Assembly (NCBI GenBank): GCA_947478465.1
Contig: CANJWH010000010.1
Span: forward strand, 991-64,990
Reading direction: 5' to 3'
DNA from: Bacteroidota bacterium
GTDB taxonomy: Bacteria > Bacteroidota > Bacteroidia > SXHM01
DNA length: 64,000 bases
Positions 29,286 through 40,513 of the stretch are shown in pieces. The translations under genes and the position numbers were made by a program. The stretch's first letter is position 1, and each line of letters starts with the position of its first letter. The notes beneath the pieces are model-generated. The model saw nothing but the letters and a program-made list of their open reading frames with translations, searched no databases and was not told the origin of the DNA.

Positions 29286-29352
29286 ATCCATATCTTTGCA
29301 ACAAAATAACCCTGTAGTTGTTATACTGTTATAAATTTTAAACCAAAATAAA

Positions 29353-29766
29353 ATGTATCCCGAAGAAATTGTAATACCAATGAAAAAAGACCTGACCAGT
29401 GCAGGTTTTACCGAACTAACAAATCCCGATGCAGTTGATGCAGCTATAAAAGCAGAAGGCACTACTCTGGTTGTGGTTAATTCTGTTTGCGGATGTGCAG
29501 CAGGAGCTGCCCGTCCGGGAGCTAAACTTGCCATTCAGAATTCAGGCAAACGTCCTGACAGGATCACAACTGTTTTTGCTGGTTTTGATACCGAAGCAGT
29601 TGCACGTGCCCGCCAGTACTTTGCACCATATCCTCCATCTTCACCTGCAATGGCTTTATTTAAAGATGGCAAACTGGTTCACTTCATCGAGCGTCACCAT
29701 ATTGAAGGTCGCTCTGCCGAAATGATTGCACAGAACCTGATGGGTGCTTTCGAAGAGTATTGCTAA
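29353..29766 (+). CDS. BrxA/BrxB (YphP/YqiW, DUF1094) family bacilliredoxin-like thiol-disulfide oxidoreductase
   Basis: Thioredoxin-like fold with the CGC active-site motif (VVNSVCGCAAG); about 135 aa. Confidence 0.72.
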   Translation: MYPEEIVIPMKKDLTSAGFTELTNPDAVDAAIKAEGTTLVVVNSVCGCAAGAARPGAKLAIQNSGKRPDRITTVFAGFDTEAVARARQYFAPYPPSSPAMALFKDGKLVHFIERHHIEGRSAEMIAQNLMGAFEEYC

Positions 29767-29789
29767 AGAATAATATCTTCTTTTTAAAA

Positions 29790-29827
29790 AGTAATACAGC
29801 AGGACATTAATCCTGCTGTATTACTTT
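29790..29827 (+). terminator. rho-independent terminator hairpin
   Basis: agtaatacagcaggacattaatcctgctgtattact is a perfect 15-bp stem followed by TTTTAT. It sits immediately upstream of the next ATG. Confidence 0.75.
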
Positions 29828-29828
29828 T

Positions 29829-31142
29829 ATGCCGCTTTCAATTATGGTAACAGCAGTTATAATCACTTTTATTATCGGTTACGTTTGTATAGCGTTTGAG
29901 CATCCGCTTAAAATAAACAAAACCGCCAGTGCTTTACTTACAGGTGTTATTTGTTGGACAATTTATGCGCTTTCGGCAGTGTTGGGTGGTGTGAATGATT
30001 CGCATGAGATAGTTGAACAACTTTCTCATCATCTTGCTCCTATTGCTGAAATTCTGATTTTTCTGATGGGAGCAATGACCATTGTTGAACTGGTTGATAC
30101 GCATCAGGGTTTTAGAATTATTACAGATAGAATAACAACAAAAAGTGCAGTTGTATTAATGTGGATCATCTGCTTTGTTACGTTCTTTCTTTCATCTGTT
30201 TTAGATAATCTTACCACTACTATTGTAATGGTTTCGTTGCTCAGAAAATTGGTGCAAAATCAGCAGCAGCGTTTGATGTATGTGGGCATGGTGGTAATAG
30301 CTGCCAATGCAGGTGGTGCTTGGAGCCCTATTGGTGATGTAACCACTACCATGCTGTGGATAGGTGGACAGGTATCTGCTGCAAATATTATGAAGACACT
30401 TTTTATTCCAAGTCTGGTTTGTATGCTTGTTCCGTTGTTTATTATTTCGTTCAGCATGAAAGGTGATATTCAACCTGATGAAACAGCAAAGAACCCGGAA
30501 ACGGAGACAATAAAAGGAAGTACACTTATGTTTTTTGCAGGTATAGGAGGGTTGTTATTTGTGCCGGCATTTAAAACCATAACTCACCTGCCTCCTTATA
30601 TGGGTATATTGCTGTCACTTGGTTTTATCTGGGTGGTTTCTGAAATTATACATTATGATAAAGAGCCGGAACACAAAAGTCAATATTCACCTGCAAATGC
30701 TTTACAAAAGATTGATATGCCAAGTGTATTGTTTTTCCTCGGAATTCTTCTCGCAATCAGCTCACTTGAAAGTCTTCATATATTAAAAAATCTGGCTGTT
30801 TTTCTCGATACCAGCATTGGAAATCAGGATATCATTGTTTCGGTAATCGGAGTATTATCGGCAGTTATTGATAACGTTCCGCTGGTAGCTGCTTCAATGG
30901 GTATGTATCCTTTAACAGAGTTTCCGATGGACCACAAACTGTGGGAGTTTATGGCCTATGCAGCGGGAACAGGTGGTTCAATGCTTATTATTGGTTCGGC
31001 CGCTGGAGTTGCTGCTATGGGAATGGAGAAAATTGATTTTATCTGGTACCTGAAAAAAATATCATGGCTGGCTGCAATTGGTTATTTTGCCGGTATTGCT
31101 GTGTATCTTTTGATTTACCCGATATTTGCTGTGCCTCATTAA
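29829..31142 (+). CDS. ArsB/NhaD-superfamily ion transporter (NhaD-like Na+/H+ antiporter)
   Basis: About 11-12 TM helices with a duplicated-repeat topology; 437 aa. Family assignment is by resemblance, not by a diagnostic motif. Confidence 0.62.
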   Translation: MPLSIMVTAVIITFIIGYVCIAFEHPLKINKTASALLTGVICWTIYALSAVLGGVNDSHEIVEQLSHHLAPIAEILIFLMGAMTIVELVDTHQGFRIITDRITTKSAVVLMWIICFVTFFLSSVLDNLTTTIVMVSLLRKLVQNQQQRLMYVGMVVIAANAGGAWSPIGDVTTTMLWIGGQVSAANIMKTLFIPSLVCMLVPLFIISFSMKGDIQPDETAKNPETETIKGSTLMFFAGIGGLLFVPAFKTITHLPPYMGILLSLGFIWVVSEIIHYDKEPEHKSQYSPANALQKIDMPSVLFFLGILLAISSLESLHILKNLAVFLDTSIGNQDIIVSVIGVLSAVIDNVPLVAASMGMYPLTEFPMDHKLWEFMAYAAGTGGSMLIIGSAAGVAAMGMEKIDFIWYLKKISWLAAIGYFAGIAVYLLIYPIFAVPH

Positions 31143-31145
31143 TGG

Positions 31146-31904
31146 ATGGAATATTTAATTGAATTTTTTGCAAACGTTGATTTTGAAACAGGGCTTTTTG
31201 TTGTCCTGAATCTGATTATTCTGGAGTGTTTGCTTTCTATTGACAATGCCGCTGTGCTTGCCACTATGGTATTGGATTTACCCGAAAAGCAAAGAGGCAA
31301 AGCATTAAAATATGGAATTATTGGAGCCTATATTTTTCGTGGAGTTTGCCTCATATTTGCTTCTTACCTTATTCAGTTTATGTGGCTCAAAGCGGTGGGC
31401 GGCATTTTCCTGATCTGGTTGTGTGCCGATTATTTTATCACCAAAAAAACACCCGAAACAGAAGACGATTTACTGAACAAAAAAGAAAACCGTTTTTTTA
31501 AATGGATAAATAAACATTTTGGCAAATTCTGGTCAACCGTGGCGTTGATTGAGGTAATGGACTTAGCCTTTTCAATGGACAATGTTTTTGTTGCAGTAGC
31601 TTTTTCTGATAATATTTACCTCATCTGGACTGGCGTTTTTATCGGCATACTGGCCATGCGTTTTGTGGCGCAGGGTTTTGTAAAGTTGCTGGAAAAATTC
31701 CCGGAGCTAACGGCAGTAGCTTTTATTGTTATTGGAATTCTAGGCGTGAAGCTGGTTGCTTCATTTGGTTGCGACTTTTATCCCGAATATGGTTTTTGCC
31801 AATTCCTGAACGGACACAATGCCGACATGATTATATCGGGCTTTACAGTAGTAATGTTTCTTGCGCCTGTAGTTTACAGACTGCTGGTTAAAAGGAATAA
31901 TTAA
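31146..31904 (+). CDS. TerC-family integral membrane protein
   Basis: LSIDNAAVLA and FSMDNVFVA motifs characteristic of TerC/Alx. Confidence 0.8.
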   Translation: MEYLIEFFANVDFETGLFVVLNLIILECLLSIDNAAVLATMVLDLPEKQRGKALKYGIIGAYIFRGVCLIFASYLIQFMWLKAVGGIFLIWLCADYFITKKTPETEDDLLNKKENRFFKWINKHFGKFWSTVALIEVMDLAFSMDNVFVAVAFSDNIYLIWTGVFIGILAMRFVAQGFVKLLEKFPELTAVAFIVIGILGVKLVASFGCDFYPEYGFCQFLNGHNADMIISGFTVVMFLAPVVYRLLVKRNN

Positions 31905-32593
31905 ACCCCAACAGCACTCAGCAATGAGCGGAAAATAAACTGTCCGTCTGTATTGCTCAGCAAAGGATCAGAAGCACGCTCAGGGTGCGGCATCATACCA
32001 AAAACGTTTCTGCCTTCATTACAAACACCTGCAATATTTTCAAACGAACCGTTCGGATTTGCTTCGTCTGTTAACTTTCCGTTCTCATCGCAGTAGCGGA
32101 AAAGAATTTGCTTGTTGGCATTCATCTTTTTCAGCGTGTCGGCATCGGCATAAAATCTTCCTTCTCCGTGCGCAATAGGTATTTTCAATGCTTTGGTTAA
32201 AGGAATTTCAGCGGTAATTAATGAGTCGTTTGTTTCAGCTTTTATAAAAACATTTTTGCAGATAAACTTATGACTGGTATTATGAAGCAATGCTCCCGGA
32301 ACCAAATGCGCCTCGCACAAAATCTGAAAACCGTTGCAAACGCCCAACAGGTAACCACCTGCATTGGCATGTTCAATCACCTTTTCCATAATAGGTGAAA
32401 AACGCGCAATAGCTCCCGAACGCAGATAATCACCGTAAGAAAAACCTCCGGGAAGCACAATAAAATCGCAGCCTTTCAGGTCTTTGTCTTTGTGCCACAG
32501 TTCTTCAACTTGCTGTCCCATACCGTTGCGCAGGGTATAAATCATATCCTGATCGCAATTAGAGCCTGGAAATATTACAACGCCAAATTTCAT
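31901..32593 (-). CDS. purQ: phosphoribosylformylglycinamidine synthase subunit PurQ (glutaminase)
   Basis: [23 protein letters not shown] (catalytic Cys) and MMPHPER motifs. The internal start at 32593 is used instead of 32644, which would add an atypical 17-aa extension. Confidence 0.85.
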   Translation of the reverse strand: MKFGVVIFPGSNCDQDMIYTLRNGMGQQVEELWHKDKDLKGCDFIVLPGGFSYGDYLRSGAIARFSPIMEKVIEHANAGGYLLGVCNGFQILCEAHLVPGALLHNTSHKFICKNVFIKAETNDSLITAEIPLTKALKIPIAHGEGRFYADADTLKKMNANKQILFRYCDENGKLTDEANPNGSFENIAGVCNEGRNVFGMMPHPERASDPLLSNTDGQFIFRSLLSAVGV

Positions 32594-32786
32594 TTTTCTG
32601 ATAATTTTAGTCCGCAAATTTATCGTTTTAAAAATAGTTGCCACAGATTACACCGTTTTTCACAAATTAATCTGTGCTAATCTCTGTAATTTGTGGCAAA
32701 ATACACTGTTTTCAACTATTCGTCTAAAGCAGGTAACTAAATAGATAATCATCAGTAAAACGTCTTTGATAAAATTGAATCGCCAA

Positions 32787-33713
32787 ATGAAGTTTTTCCA
32801 CGCCATCGTTTTTTTACTGTTCAGTATCACTGCATTTTCACAGACTTCCGAAACCTACAAAGGCAAAAAAGTAAACGAAAAAGATGCTGCAGGACAAAAG
32901 CAGGGGCATTGGGTTATCCTCAATATCGGAGGAAAATTTCCTGGTTTTGCTGAAGGAGAGCTTACCGAAGAAGGCGATTACCTCGACAACAAAAAAATTG
33001 GCATCTGGACAAAATACTACCCCGGAGGAGTTAAAAAACACGAACTTACATTTACCAATAACCAGCCAAACGGATATGCAAAATTTTATTACAAAGATGG
33101 TCTGTTGCAGGAAGAAGGTATGTGGAAAGACAACAAATGGGTGGGTGAGTACCGTTACTATCACGAGAACGGAAATCTCTTCTACAATTGGGTTTACAAT
33201 GCATCAGGCAAACGCGAAGGCGTTCAGCAATATTTCCACGAAAACGGAAATCTTATGATTGAGGGTAATTGGAAAGAAGGTTCTGAAAGCGGTTTGCTGA
33301 AAGAATATTATGAAAACGGTTCAGTAAAAGCAGAGAAAAATTTTACAACCGGAAAAATTGAAGCAGCTACTGTTAAAAACTACGAGTTGAACAAGGAGTT
33401 TGATGATGCTGCACCCAAAGCAAAAAAATTAGCAGAAAGCATCAGACAGCAACATCAGACAAAAGGTGTAAGCACATCAGCAGAAAAAAATAGTTCAGTT
33501 GTTAAAGAAGAAAAAGCTGCAAACGTTGGTATGATTGGTGACGGACAAAAAACAACCTACAACAAATTTGGCAAGCCATTACTTTCTGGTGTTTTCCGCA
33601 ACAGTATGCTTATTGACGGTAAAGAAAATGTGTATGCCGATGACGGCACTTACCTTAAAACCTACATTGTTAAAGAGGGAAAACGTGTAAGTGAAGAGGT
33701 GAACAAACCCTAG
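32787..33713 (+). CDS. MORN-repeat (YwqK-like) secreted protein
   Basis: Signal peptide MKFFHAIVFLLFSITAFSQ. Repeated YYxNGxLxxEGxWKdGkxxG units. Confidence 0.6.
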   Translation: MKFFHAIVFLLFSITAFSQTSETYKGKKVNEKDAAGQKQGHWVILNIGGKFPGFAEGELTEEGDYLDNKKIGIWTKYYPGGVKKHELTFTNNQPNGYAKFYYKDGLLQEEGMWKDNKWVGEYRYYHENGNLFYNWVYNASGKREGVQQYFHENGNLMIEGNWKEGSESGLLKEYYENGSVKAEKNFTTGKIEAATVKNYELNKEFDDAAPKAKKLAESIRQQHQTKGVSTSAEKNSSVVKEEKAANVGMIGDGQKTTYNKFGKPLLSGVFRNSMLIDGKENVYADDGTYLKTYIVKEGKRVSEEVNKP

Positions 33714-33725
33714 AAATAATTAGCC

Positions 33726-33787
33726 CCGTCACCCTGAACTTGTTTCAGGGTCTCATGATAAGATGCTGAAACGAGTTCAGCATGACG
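33726..33787. repeat. palindromic intergenic repeat element, copy 3
   Basis: ccgtcaccctgaacttgtttcagggtctcatgataagatgctgaaacgagttcagcatgacg, followed by a hairpin gaggtcctttattaaaggactttttt. Confidence 0.85.
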
Positions 33788-33837
33788 AAAAAATTCCGTT
33801 CCTTTGAGGTCCTTTATTAAAGGACTTTTTTATTGTT

Positions 33838-35307
33838 ATGACAGAGCAGAAACTTGTAATTTACAACACCCTCACCCGCCAGAAAGAAGATTTCAAACCC
33901 ATCAACCCGCCATTTGTTGGCTTGTATGTATGCGGTCCTACGGTTTACAGCGATGTGCATCTGGGCAATGCCCGCACCTTTGTTTCATTTGATATGATTT
34001 ACCGTTACCTGGTGCATCTTAAATACAAGGTGCGCTATGTGCGCAACATCACGGATGCGGGACATTTAGAGGGAGACCGTGATGAAGGCGATGATAAATT
34101 TGCCAAAAAAGCAAAGCTCGAACAATTGGAGCCAATGGAAATTGTTCAGAAATATACCAACGGCTTTCATGACGTAATGCGCGAGTTAAATACACTTCCG
34201 CCAAGTATTGAACCTACTGCTACAGGCCACATCTGCGAGCAGATTGAAATGGTAAAAAAAATTCTTGCAAAAGGCTATGCCTACGAAACGAGCGGCACAG
34301 TTTACTTTGATGTGGAAAAATATAACAAAGAGTTCCCTTATGGTCAGTTAACCAATCGCAAATTGGAAGAATTGCTGGAAGGCACACGCGAGTTAAGCGG
34401 ACAAGACGAGAAAAAAGGCCGACTTGATTTTGCACTATGGATAAAAGCAAAACCCGAAACATTGATGCAGTGGCCTTCGCCCTGGGGTTGGGGATTTCCC
34501 GGCTGGCACATCGAGTGCTCGGCAATGAGCAGCAAATACCTGGGCGATACTTTTGACATTCACGGGGGCGGAATGGACTTACAGGCAACCCACCATACCA
34601 ACGAAATTGCACAATCGCAGGCATGTAATCACAGTGCGCCTGTAAACTACTGGATGCATACTAACATGCTTACCGTAAACGGTGTGCGCATGTCAAAAAC
34701 TGCCGGCAACGGTTTTCTTCCCGGTGAATTATTTACCGGAAATCATCCACTGCTGGATAAAGGTTATGCACCCATGGCAGTCCGCTTTTTCATGATGCAA
34801 ACGCATTATGGCAGCACACTCGATTTCTCTAACGAAGCCTTGCAGGCATCAGAAAAAGGCTATGCCAAATTAATGAATGCAATGAAAACAGTAGACAGTC
34901 TCAAAGCATCTGCAACCTCAACTTCAAACATCGCTGAGCTTAGAAAAAACTGCTACGATGCCATGAACGATGATTTCAATGCACCAATTCTGGTTGCCAA
35001 TTTATTTGAAGGTGTGCGCATCATCAATTCGGTAAATGATGGAAAAGAAACCATCACAGCCGATGACCTTGCTTTGCTCAAAACTACCATGCAGGATTTT
35101 GTGTACGATGTGTTGGGTTTAAAATCCGAAAACTCCAACACCGCTAATGACAAAGCATTGCAGGGTGTTATGGAAATGATACTTACCATCCGCAAAGACG
35201 CAAAGCAAAATAAAGACTTCGCCACTTCCGATAAAATCCGCAAAGAACTCGAAGCAATCGGCATTCAGATAAAAGATTCAAAAGAAAAAACAGAATGGAG
35301 TTTTTAA
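33838..35307 (+). CDS. cysS: cysteine--tRNA ligase
   Basis: HLGNARTF (HIGH-class motif), RMSKTAGN (KMSKS) and four Zn-binding Cys; 489 aa. Confidence 0.92.
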   Translation: MTEQKLVIYNTLTRQKEDFKPINPPFVGLYVCGPTVYSDVHLGNARTFVSFDMIYRYLVHLKYKVRYVRNITDAGHLEGDRDEGDDKFAKKAKLEQLEPMEIVQKYTNGFHDVMRELNTLPPSIEPTATGHICEQIEMVKKILAKGYAYETSGTVYFDVEKYNKEFPYGQLTNRKLEELLEGTRELSGQDEKKGRLDFALWIKAKPETLMQWPSPWGWGFPGWHIECSAMSSKYLGDTFDIHGGGMDLQATHHTNEIAQSQACNHSAPVNYWMHTNMLTVNGVRMSKTAGNGFLPGELFTGNHPLLDKGYAPMAVRFFMMQTHYGSTLDFSNEALQASEKGYAKLMNAMKTVDSLKASATSTSNIAELRKNCYDAMNDDFNAPILVANLFEGVRIINSVNDGKETITADDLALLKTTMQDFVYDVLGLKSENSNTANDKALQGVMEMILTIRKDAKQNKDFATSDKIRKELEAIGIQIKDSKEKTEWSF

Positions 35308-36371
35308 GAAAGTTAGAGGTTAGAAGTTGGATGTTAGAAGGTGGAACCCGGAAAGTAGTTTCCTTTTTTAGGTATTTGAATAAATCTAACATCCCACTTC
35401 TAACATCCATCCTCGTTCTTCTCTTCGCTTCCTGCCAAAACGACCCCGACAAACCCAAGGTTGACGTTCCCACTCCTCCTGCAAAAGTTGTCCCCACTCC
35501 CGATTTCAACCAGGATTCAGCTTTCCTGTTTGTAAAAAAACAAGTTGACTTCGGCCCCCGCGTTCCCAACTCTGCTGCTCATGCAAAATGTGCCGATTAC
35601 CTCACCGCAAAATTCAAGGAATATAAGGCTGATGTAATCGTTCAGCAGGCCGAAGCAAAAGCTTTTGACGGAAAAGTGCTGAAGATGAAAAACATCATTG
35701 CACAATGGCAGCCCGAAAAGCAAAACCGCATCCTGCTATGCGCCCATTGGGATACACGCCCATTTGCCGACCAGGATAAAACAGATTTAAACAAACCCAT
35801 TGACGGTGCCAACGATGGAGGCAGTGGAGTAGGAGTGCTACTCGAAATAGGTCGCCAGTTTGCCGTTTTACAACCTACTATCGGTGTGGATATCATCCTG
35901 TTCGATGCCGAAGACTATGGCCAGCCCGATGGCGGAATGCAGCAGGAACAGCAGAACTCCTATTGCCTTGGTTCACAATACTGGGCTACAAACAAACACA
36001 AACAGGATTATTTCCCCCGTTTTGCCATTCTCTTGGACATGGTGGGTGCTAAAAATGCAACGTTCACCATGGAAGGTGGCTCTATGCACTATGCTCCCAC
36101 AGTAGTAAAAAAGGTATGGGACACCGCTCTCCGTCTGGGCTATTCCTCTTACTTTGTTTATGATCAGACCAATCCCATTACTGACGACCATTATTACATC
36201 AATACCCTGGCCGACATTCCTTCCATAGACATCATTCAGTACGATCCCGCCACCAAATATCACTTTGCTCCCGTGTGGCACACTCACAACGACAAACTGG
36301 AAAACATTGACCCCAAAACCCTGAAAGCGGTGGGGCAAACCTTGTTGGAAGTAGTATATTCTTCTCACTGA
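35295..36371 (+). CDS. M28-family metallopeptidase / glutaminyl-cyclase-like lipoprotein
   Basis: HWDTRPFADQD...DGANDGGSGVGVLLE...DIILFDAEDYG Zn-ligand pattern. In-frame TTG at 35376 would give M-NKSNIPLLTSILVLLFASC, a lipoprotein signal, and may be the true start. The ATG at 35295 overlaps the cysS end and a repeat motif. Confidence 0.72.
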   Translation: MEFLRKLEVRSWMLEGGTRKVVSFFRYLNKSNIPLLTSILVLLFASCQNDPDKPKVDVPTPPAKVVPTPDFNQDSAFLFVKKQVDFGPRVPNSAAHAKCADYLTAKFKEYKADVIVQQAEAKAFDGKVLKMKNIIAQWQPEKQNRILLCAHWDTRPFADQDKTDLNKPIDGANDGGSGVGVLLEIGRQFAVLQPTIGVDIILFDAEDYGQPDGGMQQEQQNSYCLGSQYWATNKHKQDYFPRFAILLDMVGAKNATFTMEGGSMHYAPTVVKKVWDTALRLGYSSYFVYDQTNPITDDHYYINTLADIPSIDIIQYDPATKYHFAPVWHTHNDKLENIDPKTLKAVGQTLLEVVYSSH

Positions 36372-36451
36372 AATTTCTTTGCTTCAAAGTGTTGCAGAGT
36401 AAGGGATTTCCTTACATTTGCCCTCCCTTTTAAAAAATCAGCATTAATATT

Positions 36452-38839
36452 ATGAATAAAGTCATCACCTCCCTGCTTGTAATCCTTATCGCAGGCCTCT
36501 CTGTTTCTAACGCTCAAAACCTTATCACCATTGACAGTAAAGAATACCAGACTTTAAAGGTAGAAGGCAAAATTCCCATGATTCCCCTGGAACAGTTTGC
36601 TAAATACGTTCCCGAGAAAATCCTGAATGCCGAAGACTTTGCTCCTCGCTCTGTTGAAGGCGGAGGCCCTAATGTAAACTGTGGTTGCATCCAAACCCTT
36701 GATGGCACCTACACCCTTGCAATGGCTCCTAATGATGATGGTTCAACCGGCCTCATTTCCCTTCCTTTCAACTTCTGCTTCTATGGAACCAGCCAAACCA
36801 ATATGTATATCAATAACAATGGTAACATCTCTTTTGGTGCCTCTTACGGAACATTCTCTTCCAATCCTTTCCCCGATGCTACCTATGTAATGGTTGCTCC
36901 TTTTTGGGCCGATGTGGATACCCGCGGAACTGGCGAAGTATGGTACAAAGTAACTCCCTCTTATGCCATCATCCGTTGGCACAACGTAGGTTATTTCAGC
37001 TCACAAACCGATAAAATAAACGACTTCCAGCTCATCATCACCGATGGTAACGACCCTATCATTCCCGGTGGAAACAACATTGCTTTCTGCTATGGCGATA
37101 TGCAATGGACTACCGGTTCTGCTTCAAGCGGTGTAGGAGGTTTTGGTGGTACACCTGCAACAGTGGGTGCCAACTATGGTGATGGAACAGCCTTCGCACA
37201 GTTTGGCCGTTTTGACCATGCCGGTAATGATTACGATGGCCCCTTCAATAACTCAGACGGAATCAGCTGGCTCGATAACCAGAGTTTCGTATTCAACGGC
37301 TGCGTAAACAATGCTAACCTTTCACCTATTGCCGACAATGCCCTTGCTATCTGCGATACCATCCAGATTTGTGTGGGCGACACTTTCCCTTTTGAAGTGT
37401 CTTTCCTTTCTCCCGAGCAGGGTCAAATAACCACTACCACCATCGATACTTCGGGCATTTCAGGCTTTGAACTCATCAGCAATACCAGCGGAAACATCTC
37501 GTCAGTATCTGCTGTATTTTATGCTACCGAAGCCAACGCAGGATACAATACCTTTACCCTTAACGCAACCGATAACGGAACACCGGCTCAAACCAACGTG
37601 TTCACAGTAAACATTTTTGTCAGCCGTATTGTGGACCCTCAGGTATTAGGAGACTTTACCTATTGCGCTCCCGGAAGTGTTAGTATAACCCTCGACTCAG
37701 CCTTTGCTTATACAAGCTACATCTGGTCAACCGGAGATGCAAACCCCGATTCAGTCTTAGACCCTTTGTTGGAAGGAAACTATTCTGTTACCTGCTACAA
37801 CGAGTATGGTTGCAACCGCACACTTGATTTCCAGATTGTGGAATTAGGAAACCTGCAAATGACAAATACAGTGAGCAATATCGTTTGTAATGGTGATGCC
37901 AACGGAAGCGTTATTTCTCAGTCAAATGTTCCTGCGCAGCTTAACTTCTTCTGGGAAAACTCTTCAGGCGATACCATTCACGTAGGCTTCATCACTCAGG
38001 GAACCGATCAGGTAAGCGGTCTTGAGCCGGGAACATATTACGTTAGCGCTTACGATACTTTGGGCTGTTTCACCTACCTCGATTCAGTAGTTATTAGCGA
38101 ACCTGCACCATACGTTACTGATAACATGTCTACTCCGGAAACCTGCGAAGATGCAAATGGTGTAGCAATGGTTACAACTGTTACAGGAAACACTTCACCA
38201 TATGCATATGTATGGTCACCCGCAGGCGGAACAGATGACATGGCAGACAGTCTTGCAGCCGGAACCTATACCGTTACCATTACCGATATTAATGGTTGCG
38301 TAAAAGTAGATACAGTAGTTGTTGGCGGAATTTCTTCACCAACAGCAAATTTCAGTAACAACCCTACAGCAGCCCTGTTAGATGTGCCTGTTACCTTCAC
38401 CGATAGCTCACTTGCAAATGGCGATACCATCGTTTCATGGTTCTGGGATTTTGCTGACGGAACAACCGACACGCTTCAAAACCCTGTTCATGCTTTTGCT
38501 GATACCGGAACCTATCCTGTAATGTTAGTTGTTACCAACACAGAAGGTTGCACCGATACCATCATCATCGAAATGTTAGTGATTACTGAAATAGTAGTTC
38601 CTAACGTTTTCACACCAAACGGAGATGGTTTCAATGACACATTTGTTATCCAGTATTTACCACAGCTTTATCCTGGTAGTAAACTCTACATTTACAACCG
38701 TTGGGGTAAACGTGTTTACAAAAGCGATAACTACCAGAACGATTGGGATGGTGATAAGCACAGCGAAGGAACCTATTTCTATGTGCTCGAAGTTTCTGAC
38801 GGAACCAAACAAAAAGGTACCGTTACCATCATGAAGTAA
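36452..38839 (+). CDS. secreted surface protein with SprB-like repeats, a PKD-like domain and a type-B T9SS C-terminal domain (gliding-motility-associated CTD)
   Basis: Signal peptide. CNGDANGS-type SprB repeats and a PKD-like segment ([11 protein letters not shown]). The C-terminal about 90 aa ([16 protein letters not shown]...GTYFYVLEV...) matches the CHU_C/type-B CTD. Confidence 0.8.
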   Translation: MNKVITSLLVILIAGLSVSNAQNLITIDSKEYQTLKVEGKIPMIPLEQFAKYVPEKILNAEDFAPRSVEGGGPNVNCGCIQTLDGTYTLAMAPNDDGSTGLISLPFNFCFYGTSQTNMYINNNGNISFGASYGTFSSNPFPDATYVMVAPFWADVDTRGTGEVWYKVTPSYAIIRWHNVGYFSSQTDKINDFQLIITDGNDPIIPGGNNIAFCYGDMQWTTGSASSGVGGFGGTPATVGANYGDGTAFAQFGRFDHAGNDYDGPFNNSDGISWLDNQSFVFNGCVNNANLSPIADNALAICDTIQICVGDTFPFEVSFLSPEQGQITTTTIDTSGISGFELISNTSGNISSVSAVFYATEANAGYNTFTLNATDNGTPAQTNVFTVNIFVSRIVDPQVLGDFTYCAPGSVSITLDSAFAYTSYIWSTGDANPDSVLDPLLEGNYSVTCYNEYGCNRTLDFQIVELGNLQMTNTVSNIVCNGDANGSVISQSNVPAQLNFFWENSSGDTIHVGFITQGTDQVSGLEPGTYYVSAYDTLGCFTYLDSVVISEPAPYVTDNMSTPETCEDANGVAMVTTVTGNTSPYAYVWSPAGGTDDMADSLAAGTYTVTITDINGCVKVDTVVVGGISSPTANFSNNPTAALLDVPVTFTDSSLANGDTIVSWFWDFADGTTDTLQNPVHAFADTGTYPVMLVVTNTEGCTDTIIIEMLVITEIVVPNVFTPNGDGFNDTFVIQYLPQLYPGSKLYIYNRWGKRVYKSDNYQNDWDGDKHSEGTYFYVLEVSDGTKQKGTVTIMK

Positions 38840-38883
38840 AAAATGCTATTGGCTATGTGGCTACTTGGCTAAGAACTCCTTCT

Positions 38884-39837
38884 ATGAAAGTAACCGAACA
38901 TTTCCGCAGAGCAAAGTCAACGCTTTTCTCTATTGAGATTCTTCCGCCACTTAAAGGCGCAAGTATTCAATCCATTTTTGATGGCATTGATCCGTTGGTG
39001 GAATTCAATCCCTCTTTCATTGATGTTACCTATCACCGCGAAGAATACATCCAGCGCAAAAACCGCAAAGGCGAACTGAAGAGAGTAAAGATTCGCAAGC
39101 GCCCCGGTACCGTTGGTATCAGCGCAGCAATACAAGCCCGCTATAAAATCGATACCGTTCCGCATATGATTTGCGGAGGTTTTAGCTTGGAAGAAACCGA
39201 AAACGCTTTATTGGATTTACATTTCCTCGGCATCAACAACGTACTCGCCCTGCAAGGCGATATGATTAAAGCAGACGGGAAATTTATTCCGCACCCCGAT
39301 GGTCACACCTACGCAAACGAACTCGTTGAGCAGATTGTGGACATGAATAAAGGAAAGTACCTCGACAGCGAACTACAGAACGTTGACAAAACAGATTACT
39401 GTATCGGTGTTGCCGGATATCCCGAAAAACATTTCGCTTGCGATGATTTGGATACCGATATGGAAAACCTGAAGCGCAAAGTTGATGCAGGTGCCGAATA
39501 CATTGTTACCCAAATGTTTTACGACAATCAGAAGTTCTTCAACTTTGCTATCCGTTGTCGTAAAGCAGGTATAAACGTTCCCATCATCCCTGGACTTAAA
39601 CCCATTGCAACTAAAAAACAACTCGAGGTATTGCCACGTATTTTCTATGTGGATATTCCTCAGGATTTACGCAAAGCTGTTGAAGCCTGCAAAGATGATG
39701 TTGCCGTAAAACAAGTAGGAGTGGAGTGGGCAATACAGCAAAGCAAAGAGTTAATTGACTTTGGCGCTTTGTGTCTGCACTTCTATACCATGGGCCGCTC
39801 GGAGCAAACACGTGCCATTGCAAAAGCTGTATTTTAA
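38884..39837 (+). CDS. metF: methylenetetrahydrofolate reductase
   Basis: LFSIEILPP...FIDVTYHREE N-terminal MetF motifs and a TIM-barrel-length protein. The internal ATG at 38884 is preferred over 38857. Confidence 0.82.
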   Translation: MKVTEHFRRAKSTLFSIEILPPLKGASIQSIFDGIDPLVEFNPSFIDVTYHREEYIQRKNRKGELKRVKIRKRPGTVGISAAIQARYKIDTVPHMICGGFSLEETENALLDLHFLGINNVLALQGDMIKADGKFIPHPDGHTYANELVEQIVDMNKGKYLDSELQNVDKTDYCIGVAGYPEKHFACDDLDTDMENLKRKVDAGAEYIVTQMFYDNQKFFNFAIRCRKAGINVPIIPGLKPIATKKQLEVLPRIFYVDIPQDLRKAVEACKDDVAVKQVGVEWAIQQSKELIDFGALCLHFYTMGRSEQTRAIAKAVF

Positions 39838-39842
39838 TCGTA

Positions 39843-39904
39843 CCGTCACACTGAACTTGTTTCAGGGTCTTTCTATTGAGATGTTGAAACAAGTTCAGCA
39901 TCAC
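39843..39904. repeat. palindromic intergenic repeat element, copy 4
   Basis: ccgtcacactgaacttgtttcagggtctttctattgagatgttgaaacaagttcagcatcac. Confidence 0.85.
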
Positions 39905-39962
39905 TTTATATCCACATTTTAATAATTCCACTTAATTTTACACTAAACTAAAACCTAAAACC

Positions 39963-40493
39963 ATGTTCAAAAAAATCATATTCATCCTGCTCGGAATTAT
40001 TCTCGCTCTTATTATTGGTTTTATTGCCATCGGTTTTATTAAACCAACATATGAGGGGGGACTAACTGTTACAGTTAACGCGCCCGTTTCAACAACGTTT
40101 GCATACTTTAACAACACCGACAACATGGCAAAATGGATGGATAAGTTTAAAAGTATTGAAAACATTAGCGGAGAAAAAAATCAGGTAGGTTCAAAATGGA
40201 AACTGGTTTATGACGAAAACGGTAGTGACCTTGTAATGACAGAAACGGTTACCGCCTTTGAACAAGACAAACTATTCGCTTTTGATATGGAAGATGAATA
40301 TTTTAAAATGCATATCGAAATCCGGTTTGAAGAAAAAGACGGTAAAACGATTATTACCCAGGTTGACAAGGGAGAAGGGAAAAATCTTCCTGCACGCAGT
40401 ATGGTTGCAATTATGGGCAGCTTAGGACTCATGCAAAAGCAGCAACAGGGAATGTATAACAAACTGAAAGACTTGGTTGAAAAAACACAGTAA
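39963..40493 (+). CDS. SRPBCC-superfamily protein with N-terminal TM/signal anchor
   Basis: N-terminal hydrophobic helix followed by a roughly 140-aa domain resembling the polyketide-cyclase/Bet v1-like SRPBCC fold. Confidence 0.6.
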   Translation: MFKKIIFILLGIILALIIGFIAIGFIKPTYEGGLTVTVNAPVSTTFAYFNNTDNMAKWMDKFKSIENISGEKNQVGSKWKLVYDENGSDLVMTETVTAFEQDKLFAFDMEDEYFKMHIEIRFEEKDGKTIITQVDKGEGKNLPARSMVAIMGSLGLMQKQQQGMYNKLKDLVEKTQ

Positions 40494-40513
40494 AGTTTTT
40501 TTAGTTTTCTGCT

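Noticed and set aside
9445-39904. CRISPR array as the explanation for the repeated palindromic elements
   Set aside because: Copies are dispersed singly over 30 kb in separate intergenic regions with no regular repeat-spacer periodicity and no cas genes.
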